A stretch of 63,400 nt of DNA, the filler included, from Bigelowiella natans CCMP2755 (Eukaryota; Protista; Cercozoa), in NCBI GenBank assembly GCA_000320545.1. It is 8 parts of 8 records of this genome, joined end to end, with 100 filler letters (N's around TTAATTAATTAA, not from the genome) between each part and the next. Parts side by side here need not be neighbours in the genome. Positions count along the whole stretch, not along the records: positions 46,471 to 63,400 come from ADNK01003399.1; 7 more parts are not named here. One strand, given 5' to 3'. Numbering within the stretch: position 1 is the stretch's first letter; each line of letters begins with the position of its first letter. Made by a program: the position numbers and the translations under genes. The notes under the pieces are model-generated. The model did not search any database and had not been told where the DNA came from. It saw only the letters and a list, made by a program, of their open reading frames with translations. Shown in pieces: positions 46,471-60,260 of this stretch.

Positions 46471-46710
46471 AGCGTTTGGCGTTCCTTAGTGCTGTAGTAC
46501 TTCTTCTTATTGTAGTACAACATCATCATCGTCATCATCATCGTCGCCGTCGCCGTTGCTGTGTTTTGGATGGGGGAGGCGGATGAGGATAAGTACAGTT
46601 GGACGCAATCCACGCGCTCTTTGAAGCCCCTGTTGGTAGCTTCACGCTGTCCTCCACGGATAAATTTCGCAATGTCTGAATGGAAATTTATTATACATCT
46701 TCAACTAAAG

Positions 46711-46763
<53 letters not shown>

Positions 46764-47151
46764 CGACCGCGCACGTACGCACACACAAATACGCACATGT
46801 CCTTTTACAGAAGAGGGGTCTCGATCACCTTTGCATTGCGAGCGGTGAAGAACTTTGCTGCTTTGCTGGCCTTTCCCTTATCGATTCTAACGTCCCCGCC
46901 CCCCTCCGTTTTTGCTAGAGCCTTGCTTTCCTTCTCCCCATTGGTTGGCGTTCTCTGGGGCGACGGGGTGCCTAAGAAGGAAGAGAGCGCGGAGGACACC
47001 GATGCTTCATAGTCTGATTTGGGAGAGGGCTTTTGATGGGGAGGTGACAGCCTCGCTTGCTTTGCTGCTTTCGAAAGGGGCGTTTCTAGGCCAGCATCAT
47101 CGCCTGGGAGCTCTCCAAATCTGACGACGATGTCAAAACGTGACGGCAAAC

Positions 47152-47220
<69 letters not shown>

Positions 47221-47834
47221 GGGGGGGGGGGGGGAGGGGGGGGAGGGGTAGGAACGGGAGAACGTGGGAGAGCGAAGAAAAACACACTACATATGAAGCT
47301 AGACATATCGTATTCGCCTTTCCCCAAAATTGCCACCATCACATCATCATCGTCCGTGTGTGCATGATTTACTTGCTTTTGGGTCTTTTCCCTTCATCAT
47401 CTTGCCCCTCGTCGCCAGAGGATACCACATCAGGGAGAGGGGGGGGGAAATAATTTTCATCTACAGTGGGATGTTTGGAGCGTATTGCGATGTTTTGGGA
47501 CGGCTTGAGAGTGTGCGCTGGGGTCGGGGTCGGTGTTGTCGATGGGTAGACTTTAACATTTATGTTCTTGTTGGCCGCGTGGGAGGCCTTATTTCCGGAG
47601 TCTGATGTGGCAGTTTACGGCGATTTAGCTCGTGAAAGAATATTAGGTGAAAGATCAAATATCTATTTTATGAGCGTGGAGGATTCTATCCCAATGGGGC
47701 AGGGGCTGCTGCAGAGATTTCATTCTGTTTTTCGAATCTGTGCGAATATTTCAAAAGTTGGTGTGACTTTGATCTGCCTTCACGCCCCGCGTCGCCTTCT
47801 TCTTTTTCTCGGGCTCTGAGCTTGCGGATCCCAT
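46471..47834 (-). CDS. Hypothetical protein N-terminal part (possibly the 5' end of the preceding gene)
   Basis: Candidate start MGSASSEPEKKKK at 47834 and S/P/K-rich exons such as 46805-47120. Confidence 0.4.
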
Positions 47835-48771
47835 GATCGCTGCAAGGAAATAATGACAACACAGCGACTTCATTGTAATAGAAAACAGGTAGGTGAAAAG
47901 GTCATGTGCTTCCTCAAAACGACTACAATGAAGATGGAAAAACTGAGAGCCTGACATTTTATCAGAATTATCTTTGTTCCCCCGCCCTCCCCCCCTACCC
48001 CACCCGGGGATAATAGCTGCACTTGCAAGTAGCTAAATTCTGATGTTCATGCGATTCGAAGACTACTACGTCGCTTCTCATTCCATTTAAAAGATCTCCC
48101 TCCCCTCCCAGCGAAGCAATTCCCAACCAGATCCAAGATCTACCTGGGACTATGTACCCCTAGGAGTACCGATCAAATAAATACTCCAACCCACTGAGGG
48201 AAGGGTAAGGGCCTGAGAGACGAGAGGCGACCGTGGGGGGGCGAGCTCCTGAAACCGACACGAGGGTAGTCTTCTTGGCTATAAGAAACTATTAAGGATG
48301 TAAGTTGTATTCGATGTTTTTCGCATATATTTTTATCCACCCGTAGTTGCAATTGAGGAAATTTTGGATCCCTGTCAGCAGCATGTGAGGGAAGATTTTA
48401 GGTAGTTTACTTAACCGCAAACAACCTAGAAGGACTTACCGAACGATGTGGAGTAAGTTTGAAGTAGGCTTGGAGAAGAAGTTTCCAATATTCACCAGAA
48501 AGAGCCAGAAAAGGACTCCGTTTCGACAAAATCTGAAAGTCTAGTCTTACTTTATTACGTCTGAAATTCTACGATATGACGCCGGTGCGGTGTGTTCCGA
48601 AACGTGCTCAACGGCAGCAGCGGTAGCACAGCGCAGACTCTCTCCTGTACGGTGTCGCCATAATATTGAATATTCAGTCAATATTTTCATGACGTTTATA
48701 TAAAATACGTGCTATTTTGAATTTTAAAAGTAGTTTCGGGCTTTCCTCTGAGCTGAAAAGAATCGAATCGA

Positions 48772-49030
48772 ATGATGGCGACCCGCAGGCGCAGCATCGA
48801 TACGACTAGGCTCGCTGCGTGCTTCGCCATCGCACTGATTGCTACTGTTACGTTTGGCGGGAGGACCCCGGGTAGGCAATTAACAATTTGTATCGTCAAG
48901 AGGGCACGTTCCAAAAAAGCAATGCATGTGTTTGCTTTGTAGGTTGGCTGCTTAATAGCAGCCTACGCGTAAAGCACCAACCACAAGGACGTTGCCAGGT
49001 CGCCACGAATAAAAATCAAGCAAAACACAT

Positions 49031-49092
<62 letters not shown>

Positions 49093-49771
49093 CAGCGTAT
49101 GTGTGTGTGTGGGAGGGGGGGGTGTGTGTATTCCCCTCTTTCCTCCTCTCCCTCCTTGCATTGCTCACCTTTTCACGCCTTCGATTTTTTTTTTAAAAAA
49201 TCATCAGTCGTTCACGCAGAGAGGCGCACATCGCCGCTCCCTTCTAGTTTTGAGAGGGGGGGATGGCTCGGACGGCGATGTAGAGACTAAAGAAGCTTCG
49301 CATTGCCGGAAAGGCGCTCTTGTACTGCTGAAGGACAAGCCCTGTCGCGTAAGCGAAAATGCTGTGTCTAAGGTAGTGAGAAAAACGATGGCGATGCAGT
49401 TTTGACAGGTTCAACAATTTTCCATTTGTGTTTCTCACCCCTCCCCCCCCCCCCCCCCCCCTGTACCTATCCTCGGATAGGTAGGAAAGCATGGCGCAGC
49501 GAAGTGCCACATTATTGGGATCGATGTTTTCACCGGGAAGAAGGTGGAGGAAGTGTGCCCAGGCCATACCATGATGAAAGGTGTTATCATTTGCAGTCAC
49601 AGCATATTGTTTTATCGGCTCAACAACGTCATTTTTACTGCTTTCAGATTGAAATACAAGTGCATATGTGCACGCGCGCATACACGCACACACACACACA
49701 CACAGACACACACACACACACGCGCGCGCGCGCGTTCATACGCATGCAAACAATACATATTTTAAGTATAC

Positions 49772-49809
<38 letters not shown>

Positions 49810-50384
49810 GTGTGTGTGCGCACGCGCGCATACAAATTACATTTTACGTGCGGGCGTCGACGTTTTGCAAATCTTTCAATCATAGAGGGACAAATATTTT
49901 CTCAAAGTAAACGTTTCATGGTTTTTCCACTCGATGCGTTCCTTGTTCACATTGTTTTGGTTTGTTTTGTCCATGGGGGGTGGGATACACAGTGCCCAGC
50001 ATGAAGAAAACCGACTATCAACTAATCGACGTTGGTGAGGACGGCACTCTGAGCTTGATGGACGAGAATAATGAACTCAAAGACGATGTGGAATTGCCTG
50101 AAGATGCAACGGTAGTGCATCATGCTTCATCATGATTCTCACTTTGCAATTAAGATCTGGGATTATGATTGAATATTCAATGCCCGTGCACTGCGCACGT
50201 TTCTTTGATTTCCTCAATGAGAGTGCACGCTGACAATCCGAATTAAACAATTTGACAGCTCGCCGGAAATATCAAGAAGAGGTTTCAAAAAGAAGAAGAT
50301 CTTGACATCACTGTCATGAAGTGCCTGGGGAGGGAAGTAGTTATTGGCGTGAAGGCTAGTAAGAACATAGAAGGCGATAATTGA
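48772..50384 (+). CDS. eIF5A: eIF5A homolog with N-terminal signal peptide and transit-like leader ending LVLRGG (6 exons)
   Basis: Exons 48772-48871, 48943-48998, 49208-49372, 49481-49580, 49993-50111 and 50259-50384 join in frame: [153 protein letters not shown]...KDDVELPE... Confidence 0.9.
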
Positions 50385-51100
50385 CGTGGCTTCCATCAAA
50401 CACCGCTGCCAAAGCAGCTAAAAGTAGATAATGCCAAGCGATGAAAAGTGATATCTTCGGGAAATCAAATAATTTTCTGAGCATTTGCATCCAAATCAAT
50501 GGTCCCATGCATGCGCGCACATGATCGTTTTGTGAGGATGCTTCGCTAGACGGGCTGCAATAAGTACGAAATTGATTGGTTGATCAAGCACGTATATCTG
50601 CATAATATATTGCATGTCTATCATCTTCGGGATCTATGTCGCACCATTTAAGTCATCCCGCCTAACATGCGCTAGCATGAATCATCATTCTGACAATGGA
50701 CTGCTGATCGACAACAAAGAGTCATCTTCTTGATGACGGGCAGCACCATGCATGCTTACGTCGATCAGCTTGCGAATCGCAAATGATGTTTTGTGTTACG
50801 CGTGAGTCGTTGTGTGTATCTAGATTCGATATGTGCACTAGTCAACTGGATGTACGTTACATGCATGCGTGGAATGCTTTAGATCTATAGATCTATCTAG
50901 GCATTGTTTGGCAGCTAACTTGAAGCACACAAAGAAGGCAAAAGAATTTCACAAGGCTCACTAGCTTGCGCTTTTACTTGCATTGCCGGCGCGCGCTGCT
51001 GCGGCAGTGTAGTCCGCGGCGTAGTCACTTGTAATAACCTATTTAGCTATTTAGTCCCAGCATTAATCTGGAGGACACCGCTCATATCACCAAATCGGCA

Positions 51101-52214
51101 TCATTGCGACGCTCTGGCACCATTTACTCGCTGGTCCTCTCTCACAGCCGTCACAATGAGATTCACCAGCACTTCTACCTTTCTAGCGGCAGACTCATCA
51201 GCACCTTCACGATGGCGGCCATGCTGGGCTTTTCCTTTCGAAAGTGAAGAGCGATTGCGGGTTCCATTCTTGATGGCGCTCCCCCCCCTCTCGCTGTTCT
51301 CCAGAGCTGCTGGCTTTTCACAGCCAGCTAGGGTGCGGCGCGGATCGCACTGTTTCCCTTTGTTCCTGTCTTTGTGCTTCGCCGTTCTAGCAACGCTCAA
51401 CGACGTAGTTTCATCGTCCTCCTCACTGGTGAGCATGCATGGGTGCTTGTCTGCTTGAGCCTTCACGTTCTTTAATGACGAATTCTGCGAAGGAGGTGAA
51501 GACGACTGGGGGGGGCAGCTTCCTCCCCCTCCCCCCCCCCCCCGTCGATGTTCCGGCTGTTCTGCGCTTGGCAGCGTTCGAGTGCTGCTTGTGGTTTGTA
51601 GGCTTGGAACCTTGGTCGCGCTCCTTACCCGAGGACGAGGGGGGGGTTGCCGTGAGCGCTATCGACGAGAGCAGCTGCGACAACGTCGCGTCCAGCCGGG
51701 AGATGTCCCCCTAGTGATTCACCCGATTATCATCATTACAACATTCTATCGAACGATATTCTCCGCTGAAGAGAGAGAAAACGAAACAATGCGGTGTACA
51801 CCGATGGTGTCAGCTCAATCTTCTGCGAGCTCGATGATCTTCGCAGCAGATGCCAACGCCATCGGCGTATCCCATGTAGCCTCTTTTTTGCCCCAAAAAT
51901 TCTCAAAACTGCGAAAAGCAAGCTACTGCGCACGCTAGCACCACACCGACTACCCGCTATAAGATGTGGGCATTCGATTACGAACATGAAGCGGAAAAGT
52001 TAGCAGTTTTGGAATATCTATTGCCACATTAGCAGCGGGGGGGGGATCTCTGCGTTGCGTGAATGGTTGTTTTCATTGTTGTTACGATGCCTTTATGCCA
52101 TCTATTTTAGACTTGAGCGCATCCTTGTCAATCATCGATTTCACCTTTTCATGGGAACCACACCAAATAAAAACACGTATCTCGATTTTTTACATTATCA
52201 CCCCCCCCCGCCTC

Positions 52215-52260
<46 letters not shown>

Positions 52261-52641
52261 TCTTTCTCTATCCTTTTCTCATTTCTCTACGTAAGCGAAT
52301 TCGTCATTTTGATATAATCAGCTATATTTCGCTCGCTTTGTATGTAACTCAGAGTCAAAATAGCAATTGTGCGGAGATTCGGTCTTAGCATTCTCCCTCC
52401 CCCCTCCCGCTCACCCGAGTAGCAGCATGTGCGAGATTCAGCAGCTGCGCGCCTGGCAGAATGGAAATCCAGGTCGGCTGGATACAGAGAACAAAGAGCC
52501 GGAAAACATGCAAAAAATTTAGCTTTAAAATCCTGCGTTGTGCTGCTTTGCCACATCGATGAAAGCACACAGCATGCCATCTCTCGAGCACTAACGACGC
52601 ACGATATATATGATTCCGAAATTGCGTCTCACACGCACACA

Positions 52642-52695
<54 letters not shown>

Positions 52696-52730
52696 CTCTC
52701 CGTTTTTGCGTGCAAACATACGTTAATGTG

Positions 52731-52766
<36 letters not shown>

Positions 52767-53413
52767 CCAGCTTAAAACGTTCTCCCTCTTCCTCAGCCTT
52801 TCTCCACTTCTTCACAACCTTCTCAGTGTATGTTGCGGGAGAAGGGCGGGGAGGGGGGGGACGAAGATTAGAACGAGCATTCAAGAGGATATTTATGCAC
52901 GGAAACGTCTTGACGCTAAGACCCACCTCTAGCACATTTTCCGCTACCTTCCGCGTATCATTAAGGAGCAGTTCCATGAGCAGCTGAGAGAAAGAGACGA
53001 TGTATTCAGTGTCGCTTGCATATACCACTTCTTGCCGTCTCTCTATTATTATTATTATTGTTGTTGTTGTTGAATTAGTAACTAATAAATAGACTAAAGG
53101 AGGAGGAGAATGGACCGAGAGAGCTGAACCTTCTGTGTATTTCCGGCTGCAGAGTGATGGCTGTTATCTCCTCCTTCGCCCCCCCCCTTCCCCCCACTTG
53201 CCCCGCCCGCTGGCTGAGAGGAATTGGTCGCGCCAGAGTTATTTTGAGAGCATTTTGGAGATAGATTTCCAACAGGTTTGCCTGCAGGTTTGCCTGGAAT
53301 AAACGTGCACACCTTGAATGGCCATTTTGATGTCTCCCTTCTCTATGTCTCTCTCCTGTCCTTCATCATAATAGATGTTTTATAGATAAATAAAATATGA
53401 TATAATATAATAA

Positions 53414-53452
<39 letters not shown>

Positions 53453-54130
53453 ATATAATTATGCTATTGCACTCAACGCCGTCATCACCACTGTCAGCGT
53501 TTTCGCACGTTGCTCCCCCGCCATGTTTCTCTTCCCCGAGGACAGCTGCATTGCCATCGGCAGCGCCTTTGGTGCTATTGCTGGTGGTGGCGGCGGTGGT
53601 GGTGGTGGTTGCGTTTGTGCTGCTTTCTGATTTTTCCTTTGAAGATGAGGACGGAGAGGAGGAGTTTGAAGCAGACGTGTTCTTTCCTTTCAGCTCGTCC
53701 TGCATGGGAGAAGTACAAAGCAGCACATGCGAATAGTATCACCAGGCTAACGTCATTATCGTGTTGTCTAGGTGTGTGGCGAGGAGTCGGAGCTTTGCGG
53801 AGCACCGATGGGAATTTGTATTGCGACATGACCGACAATTGGCTCTACGAAGTGGCACTACCCGCAACGTCTTTAGCTTGACTTGAAATTCGCTCACAGA
53901 ATCTTGGACATTTTTCCATTGCTTGTCGCGCTCCGCTGCCGCCTAAACAACAACCACAACCACAACCACACGCAGCTGAAAAGAAGATTCGATTTTAAAG
54001 ACACATCCCTTAAGGCAGGATAATCTGCCGGGATTTCGAAATTGGGTTTCAGAATAATGCGCCACAACCCAGATCGCCAGGCAGAACACCAACCATTGGC
54101 ATTTCAGAGCTACTTTAAGCTTCCCATATA

Positions 54131-54192
<62 letters not shown>

Positions 54193-54523
54193 GAGAGAGA
54201 GAGAAAGATGGAGAGAGAACCATGTTTTCTCCAAATAGATACGAAAGGAAAAAATACGTCTCTCTTTACTATTGAATAGCAATTCCAAGCGAAGAAACAC
54301 AGAGCTACGACAAGACTAATTTTAGCCTCCGGCACCTCGCAAGTGGAGAGCAGCTGAGTGATGGTTTCTACTGCAAGCTCCAGATAACTAAAGAAGTTGT
54401 AGCAAGAATAAGAAGGTGTTGTAGCAGTGATGCGCAGGTGCTTAGACGATGTACTCGCACACGACATTGCTGTTCTTTGAACGCATATTAAATAATATTA
54501 ACATGATACACACGCACACACAC

Positions 54524-54564
<41 letters not shown>

Positions 54565-55039
54565 AGATGTGTTGTATTTGCCTATTTCCAGCCCTTGCAG
54601 CGCAAACCTAAAATGAAATCATAAATTTTGGACGCTATTTTCAAATTCGCTCGCAAAAACAGCTTCCCTCAGCGTGTTTGGTTTTGTAGGCATCTCTTTA
54701 CCCGGGCGTCGTTGGCTCGTCGGTGAAACCTTGAAGCAGGTCGTTTCTTCTTCTTCCTGTTAAATGCTCCGAATTCCCCATGCCCTCCATCATGCCGAGC
54801 GTGTTCGTCGCTATTTAAACTCTCATTGGCCTTGGGGTTGCCACTCGTAATTGCAGGGAGAGTGTCGTTGTCAATGCTTTGTTCTTCCTTTTCCTGGTTT
54901 CTATCCTTGGTGCTAGTGCTGGTGTTCCTATCGTCTTTACTTTCGCCAGTAGGGGCGTGGGCAGACGGCTTCTGGAGGCGCGACTGCTCTTGAGCTACCT
55001 ATGGTATTGGTGTAAATGGTTCATGTGTGGTTGTGCGCG

Positions 55040-55088
<49 letters not shown>

Positions 55089-55103
55089 CTTAGTTGCGTG
55101 TAC

Positions 55104-55141
<38 letters not shown>

Positions 55142-55900
55142 CCCGATGAAAGCATAGAATTCATCATTTTATTCGTTATCTTCATTAATGGAACACACAA
55201 CACGTCGGAATAGATGATGGAAGAAGCGCATGGCCCGTCCCACCTTGACTGCGGCTTTTGCCTCCTCGATCTTACTTTCTGTCGCGGTTATTAGCTTTTC
55301 CAGCGTATCGTGGTCTTCCTCGGTCCTTGCGTTCAACAAAGCAAGTTACTCACTGCCCCTACGGCGCTGCGCTTGCGACAGATACGCAATGCGCGTGTGT
55401 ATATGTTTGAATATGCACTCCCGTGTACATAGTGCTTTCAATGTTTGAATTCTATTAACATATTGAGCTGTCGGTAGAAATAGGGTGGTGATAGGGCAAG
55501 GATGCTTTGGTGTACCATTCCTGGAGATTACCCCCCACTTCTTCTTCATCGATCACAGCCCGCACACGGTGATCTGGGGAAGAGGGTTCCGTTTTGAATT
55601 TCCGTTCGGAATTTGCGGGCGTGGTAGAGAGGGGGCTATGTGTGTCGTATGCGCTGTCGCCTCCAAGAGTTACGCTGGGCGAGTTCTTGACCGATGGGAA
55701 AGGACAGAAGAAGTGTTATTAACGCTGACCTCTTTCGCTCTCTCTAAAAACGACGGATTCTCTCGTAGATTCTTCTCTCGATGTGAGTATGATTGCATGT
55801 CCGCTCATCCTTTTGCCGCTGTCACAAGTGAATGGTTGTTGCGCAGACCTCATCGAGCTGTACTGCTTCGATTTGAAGCTGGAGGTTCAGCTGAAGGAGT
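51101..55900 (-). CDS. Large hypothetical multi-exon protein (helical-repeat-like core, disordered termini)
   Basis: Coding-like exons such as EYIVSFSQLLMELLLNDTRKVAENVLEVGL, LELAVETITQLLSTCEVPEAKISL and TLEKLITATESKIEEAKAAVK. Terminal exon ends at 51101. Start uncertain. Confidence 0.5.
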
Positions 55901-57170
55901 AGAAGGGAGCATAGTACAACACGCACGAGAAGAAGAGGGCCAAAAGAGCGGATGCTATCCCGAAAAAGACGCATCCTCCCAGCACATTCCGATTCCGTTG
56001 TATGGGGGGGGAGGATTTCGACTCAGCGATTCAAAAATTCAAAAATAATTATGGCTGCAGCAGTTTCCGATGAAAACCGCATGCGTTTTCCCCTGAAGAA
56101 AGGAGAGATTTACCGAGAATTGACTGGAGGTCTCTTTGAAGCGACAAGACATTGGAGTTGTCTGCTCCACAGCGAATGGATAAATGAAGTTGTGTGCAAT
56201 TGGCAATTCGCAAATTTGTCCTTCGTCCTTCACAATTGCCTTCACAGGGGCTCAAATCATTCCCACAGGGGCTCTTTCCATTCCCTGTGAATCAACTTCT
56301 TGTGGTTGCTTAACCTCAAAATCCAGGCCATTTTGCCATCATTTGGAGGAGGGAGGCCAACTCCTTCTCGGCAAACATCGCTTTAGTCGTAGTACCCGTA
56401 CAATTCTCAGACTATGTATTTGACTTTTCTCAACTCAAAAACAAATAAAGAAATCCGAAGAGGACGCTTTCGGTTACAAAATGGCCATAGAATGGGCACC
56501 TGGCGCCAGAACAAATGCAGATTTCTCGGCCCTTTGTGCTGGAAATGATCACTGTCGTCAAATGTATTTTTGCAGTTAAGTTTCTCAATCCAGAGAAGCA
56601 CGGACAGATGATGGCCAACACCCTGTTTATGCCTATATTGTCCAAAACATCCAAGTCGCATTTCTAAAAATAGTTGAACATTTCTTTCGATGGCCATTCT
56701 GGCTACGCCATGGTGCGCTGGATTTCGATGAAGGTTTCATTTGATGATGAGTGACCATCTTCGTCACAGAGAGGACTGAACAAAAGAAACGTGTACGTAT
56801 TGAAATACGGACTCGACCGTATCTATCAAGGAGAATTTATCAGATTTTATTCGCTCAGTTTCAAGGGAGCTTTCAAGGGAATATCTCGTCTAATTCGGCC
56901 TCAAGCGGCAAATATTGGGGAAATATTCCTGTATTTTCTCACGGAGGCAGCCCTAGTTATTCACCGCAAGGCTGGACAATGCAAGGAGCCGTCCAGGAGC
57001 ACTGAAAGCTCGATGAGTAGAGTTTATATGTACGCGACATAAAATGTTCTTTTTTTTAGTTAAAAATGCTGTGCTTTTTTATGTCGATTTGAACTAATGT
57101 GCACATTTCCGTAAGACACACTAGATCATCGTCACGCCATTCCCCACACCTCCTCCTCCGTCCATTCGCC

Positions 57171-58076
57171 ATGGCCTCGTATTGTGATGAGGACTTTCCC
57201 ATCGACATGTCCTCTCACTTTTCCAATCTCGAAGACTTACAGCATTTGGAACGTCCTCACAGCATCGCATCCAATCACTACTTCAGGTTCGTTCAAAAGA
57301 AGCAATGCAATCAGCGAATCTATTTAGCCCGTTTTTGCACGCCTTCCTTTCCGTTCCCCTCAACTTCCATTTGCATGTTTCAGCGACGAGGACGAGTCGA
57401 TGTCTATGTTTCAACTTGGGGGCATGCACCTTGCCGGAGACAACCAACATTGGCAAGCCGATCGAACATCTCAACCATGTTCGCAGATTGGCCAGCTTCC
57501 TAGCAACGACAAGGAGCGGGGTTGCGCTGTGGATTTCTTCCCAATGCTCCCAACTTCCGGCGACCGAGTGATTAGGTCTATTTCTATGTGTACCGCCGAA
57601 CCGATAGGCCCGTTGAAGGGACTACGTGGGAACCGCCCCCTACCAAGGTCAGATTCCGCCCTCACAGCCGTGCTGGAGGACACCGAAGATGAGACGGCAA
57701 AGCTACCAGCAGCGGTAAGATAGGCTCTCGCCATCCCCCCCCCCCCCCCCCATTTCATGACAGAGTTGTTTCGTATATATCCTGGTAACCTGGCTTAATC
57801 AATGCCGTTTTGTCAGCCCAAGCTGTCGGCTATCAAGAAAGAACTCAAGTTTGCTGCCAAGCGCTCCATCCACATCGCGGGCCCCGGAATCCTCTCCCCT
57901 CGGCCGCTCATTGACGCAAAGCAGGACCCAGGCCTCGGCGAGGAATCTTCGGCGGCGGCGCCGCCGCAATTCACAAAGGCGCTGCCATGCAATACCAGCT
58001 CGAAGCTGCTTGCTCCAAGAGCGGTACGACCGTGCTCCTCACCTCCTTGTTTCGAAATCGTCTCGGAGGACCGGAT

Positions 58077-58121
<45 letters not shown>

Positions 58122-58888
58122 GCAACCGCCCTGCCAAGATAGCAAACCCACTAGTAATATCAATAGCAACAACAATGATGATGATAATGATAATAGCAAT
58201 GAGAAGAAAAAGAAGAAACGAAACGCCCGGCTATCCCCGGCCAAGTCGCAGCTTCCAGGGAGAAGGAAGGCTGGGGGCAAACGCCCCACTACCAAAAACA
58301 CAAGAGGTCTCAAATACCTGAGCAACAAGGTTTGCGAGGCACTGTCGGGCGTCGGTACAGCTATTACACAGGACAAAATGATTTCCTTACTTTACCAAAG
58401 CTTCATATCGGAGAACAACAGCGGCCAAGTAACGTAACACCACCGCCGCGCGAGTGAATAGGCGACTATACACTCGTGTTTATTCATGAATTTTGGCACT
58501 GCACTTGATACTGATAGATGTGCTCTTCCCACCCACGATTTTACATGAAATAGGAGATGTGCGAAAAGAGCATCCGGCGCCGAATCTACGATACCATCAA
58601 CGTTCTCATGGCTTTGGGCCTGGTGGAGAAGACAAAGCAGCACATCGAATGGATAGGGAAATCGCGTCCAAAGCTCACGGATACGGAGAGGAGGCAAGCT
58701 GAGGAGATGAAGGTGCCTGAAGATTGTCGGTTCTCCGCAGCCTGTTTCCGTGATTAATTCGTCGTTGCGAAAACTGACATTTTTGGTTGGATGTTATGCT
58801 TTGCAATGTGCCCTGCAGCAACACATATCGGAAGCAAGGACGAGGACTAGACAGAAGAGAAAGCTTTTAGAAGGTAGCAGTACATGCT

Positions 58889-58922
<34 letters not shown>

Positions 58923-60260
58923 CACACGCACACAGTCTCGTCGGCAAGATCATTCTATGAGAGGGCGAACTCTTTGTTTAGTCACAAATAAATACACATT
59001 TATGTGTTTTCTCCCCCCCCCCCCACAACCAACCGCGCGAATAGATGAGGAGCTTCAGTACGTTAGGACGAAGACTTTGCTGGATAGGAACGAGGTCAGA
59101 TCTTGCTTTTTCATTTCAACTGTTTTCATCCCCTCAAATGTCCCTCCCCATTGCGTTTTGAGAAGCTTCTAGGTGCTCCGCCAATCGTTTTCTCCCTCTT
59201 TCTCCTTCTCTCCCTCTCCGCTCTCTCCCCTCTCCCTCTCCCCGCTATCGTTTATAAAACGTTTGTGTTGGTTTCCTCAGGGCATTCGCAGGCATAAGAG
59301 GTCAAAGCGACGCCGTGGGGAGAAGGAAGAGCCTGAGCCAATCCACCTCCCTTTTCTCGTCGTTCGGACCTCAAAGCTAGCAAACGTGGAGTGCGTGGTT
59401 GTATCCTACCTGAGAACACACATTGCATCGTTTTTGCATTCACCGTGAGCAGTTGAGGGGGCAATCGAGGAAGATATACGTGTGCCTCGCTGCCTGTGAT
59501 TCCAACCTCCACCCCCCCCTCCCCTCCCCTAAAACTTCCCCTCTGTCCCGCCTCGTGCTTTCTCGTCTGATCGATATACATTTTGTACTTCTTAGCGAAC
59601 TCCAGATCTGCAGCGATGCTCTCTTAACGTAATGATCCAACCCCCCCCCCCCCCCCCCTTTATCCCACACACTAACTGAACATGGGGAAGAGCACCTCGG
59701 CCGCTTAACCCATTCGGAGCGCGGCGGCGATTGCTTTTTTTTTTTACCCCCCCGGGGCAAGTGGGGGGGCAAATGGGGGAAAATAACGGGGGCCCCCGCC
59801 CCGGGGAATTCAAACCCCCCCCCCCCCCCCCCCCCCCAAAAAATTTCCCTTTTTCCCCCCCGGGGGTTTTTTTTTTGGAAAAAAAAAATTTTTGTTTTTT
59901 TAAGGGACCCCCAATTTGGAGGGGAGTTTTTTTTAAAGAAAGAACCCCCCCCCCCCCCCCCCCCCCCCCCTTTATCCCCCACCCTAACTGAACATGGGGA
60001 AGAGCACCTGGCCGGCTTAACCCATTCGGACGGCGGCGGGGATTTTCCCCTTTGTTCTTGCTTCCCCCTTTTTTTTCGATGGTTGCTATCAGCAATGATA
60101 TATTTCCTCGTGGTTTTCTCCTGCGGCCTGTGTGTGATTTTTTTTTCCCCCCCCCCCCCTCCCACAAACACACTCACAGGTGAGCAAGGATGTGGATATC
60201 TACAACGACTACGATATACTCTGTCTGATGGCGGGAGGCGCAGCTTCGAGCCATTCATAA
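57171..60260 (+). CDS. E2F/DP family transcription factor, DP-like
   Basis: Winged helix RGLKYLSNKVCE...EKSIRRRIYDTINVLMALGLVEKTKQHIEWIG; coiled coil ..RQKRKLLE..KTLLDRNE; DP-type IHLPFLVVRTSK...DIYNDYDIL. Stop at 60260. Confidence 0.88.

Noticed and set aside
51423-51683. Apparent frameshift between two overlapping ORFs in the last exon (possible programmed frameshift)
   Set aside because: It coincides with poly-G/poly-C runs, so a homopolymer length error is more parsimonious.
59640-60175. Homopolymer-rich block with duplicated segment and long G/K/F/P-rich ORFs (e.g. 59440-60258)
   Set aside because: Typical degraded read sequence after a poly-C run inside a DP intron. The ORFs are artefacts.
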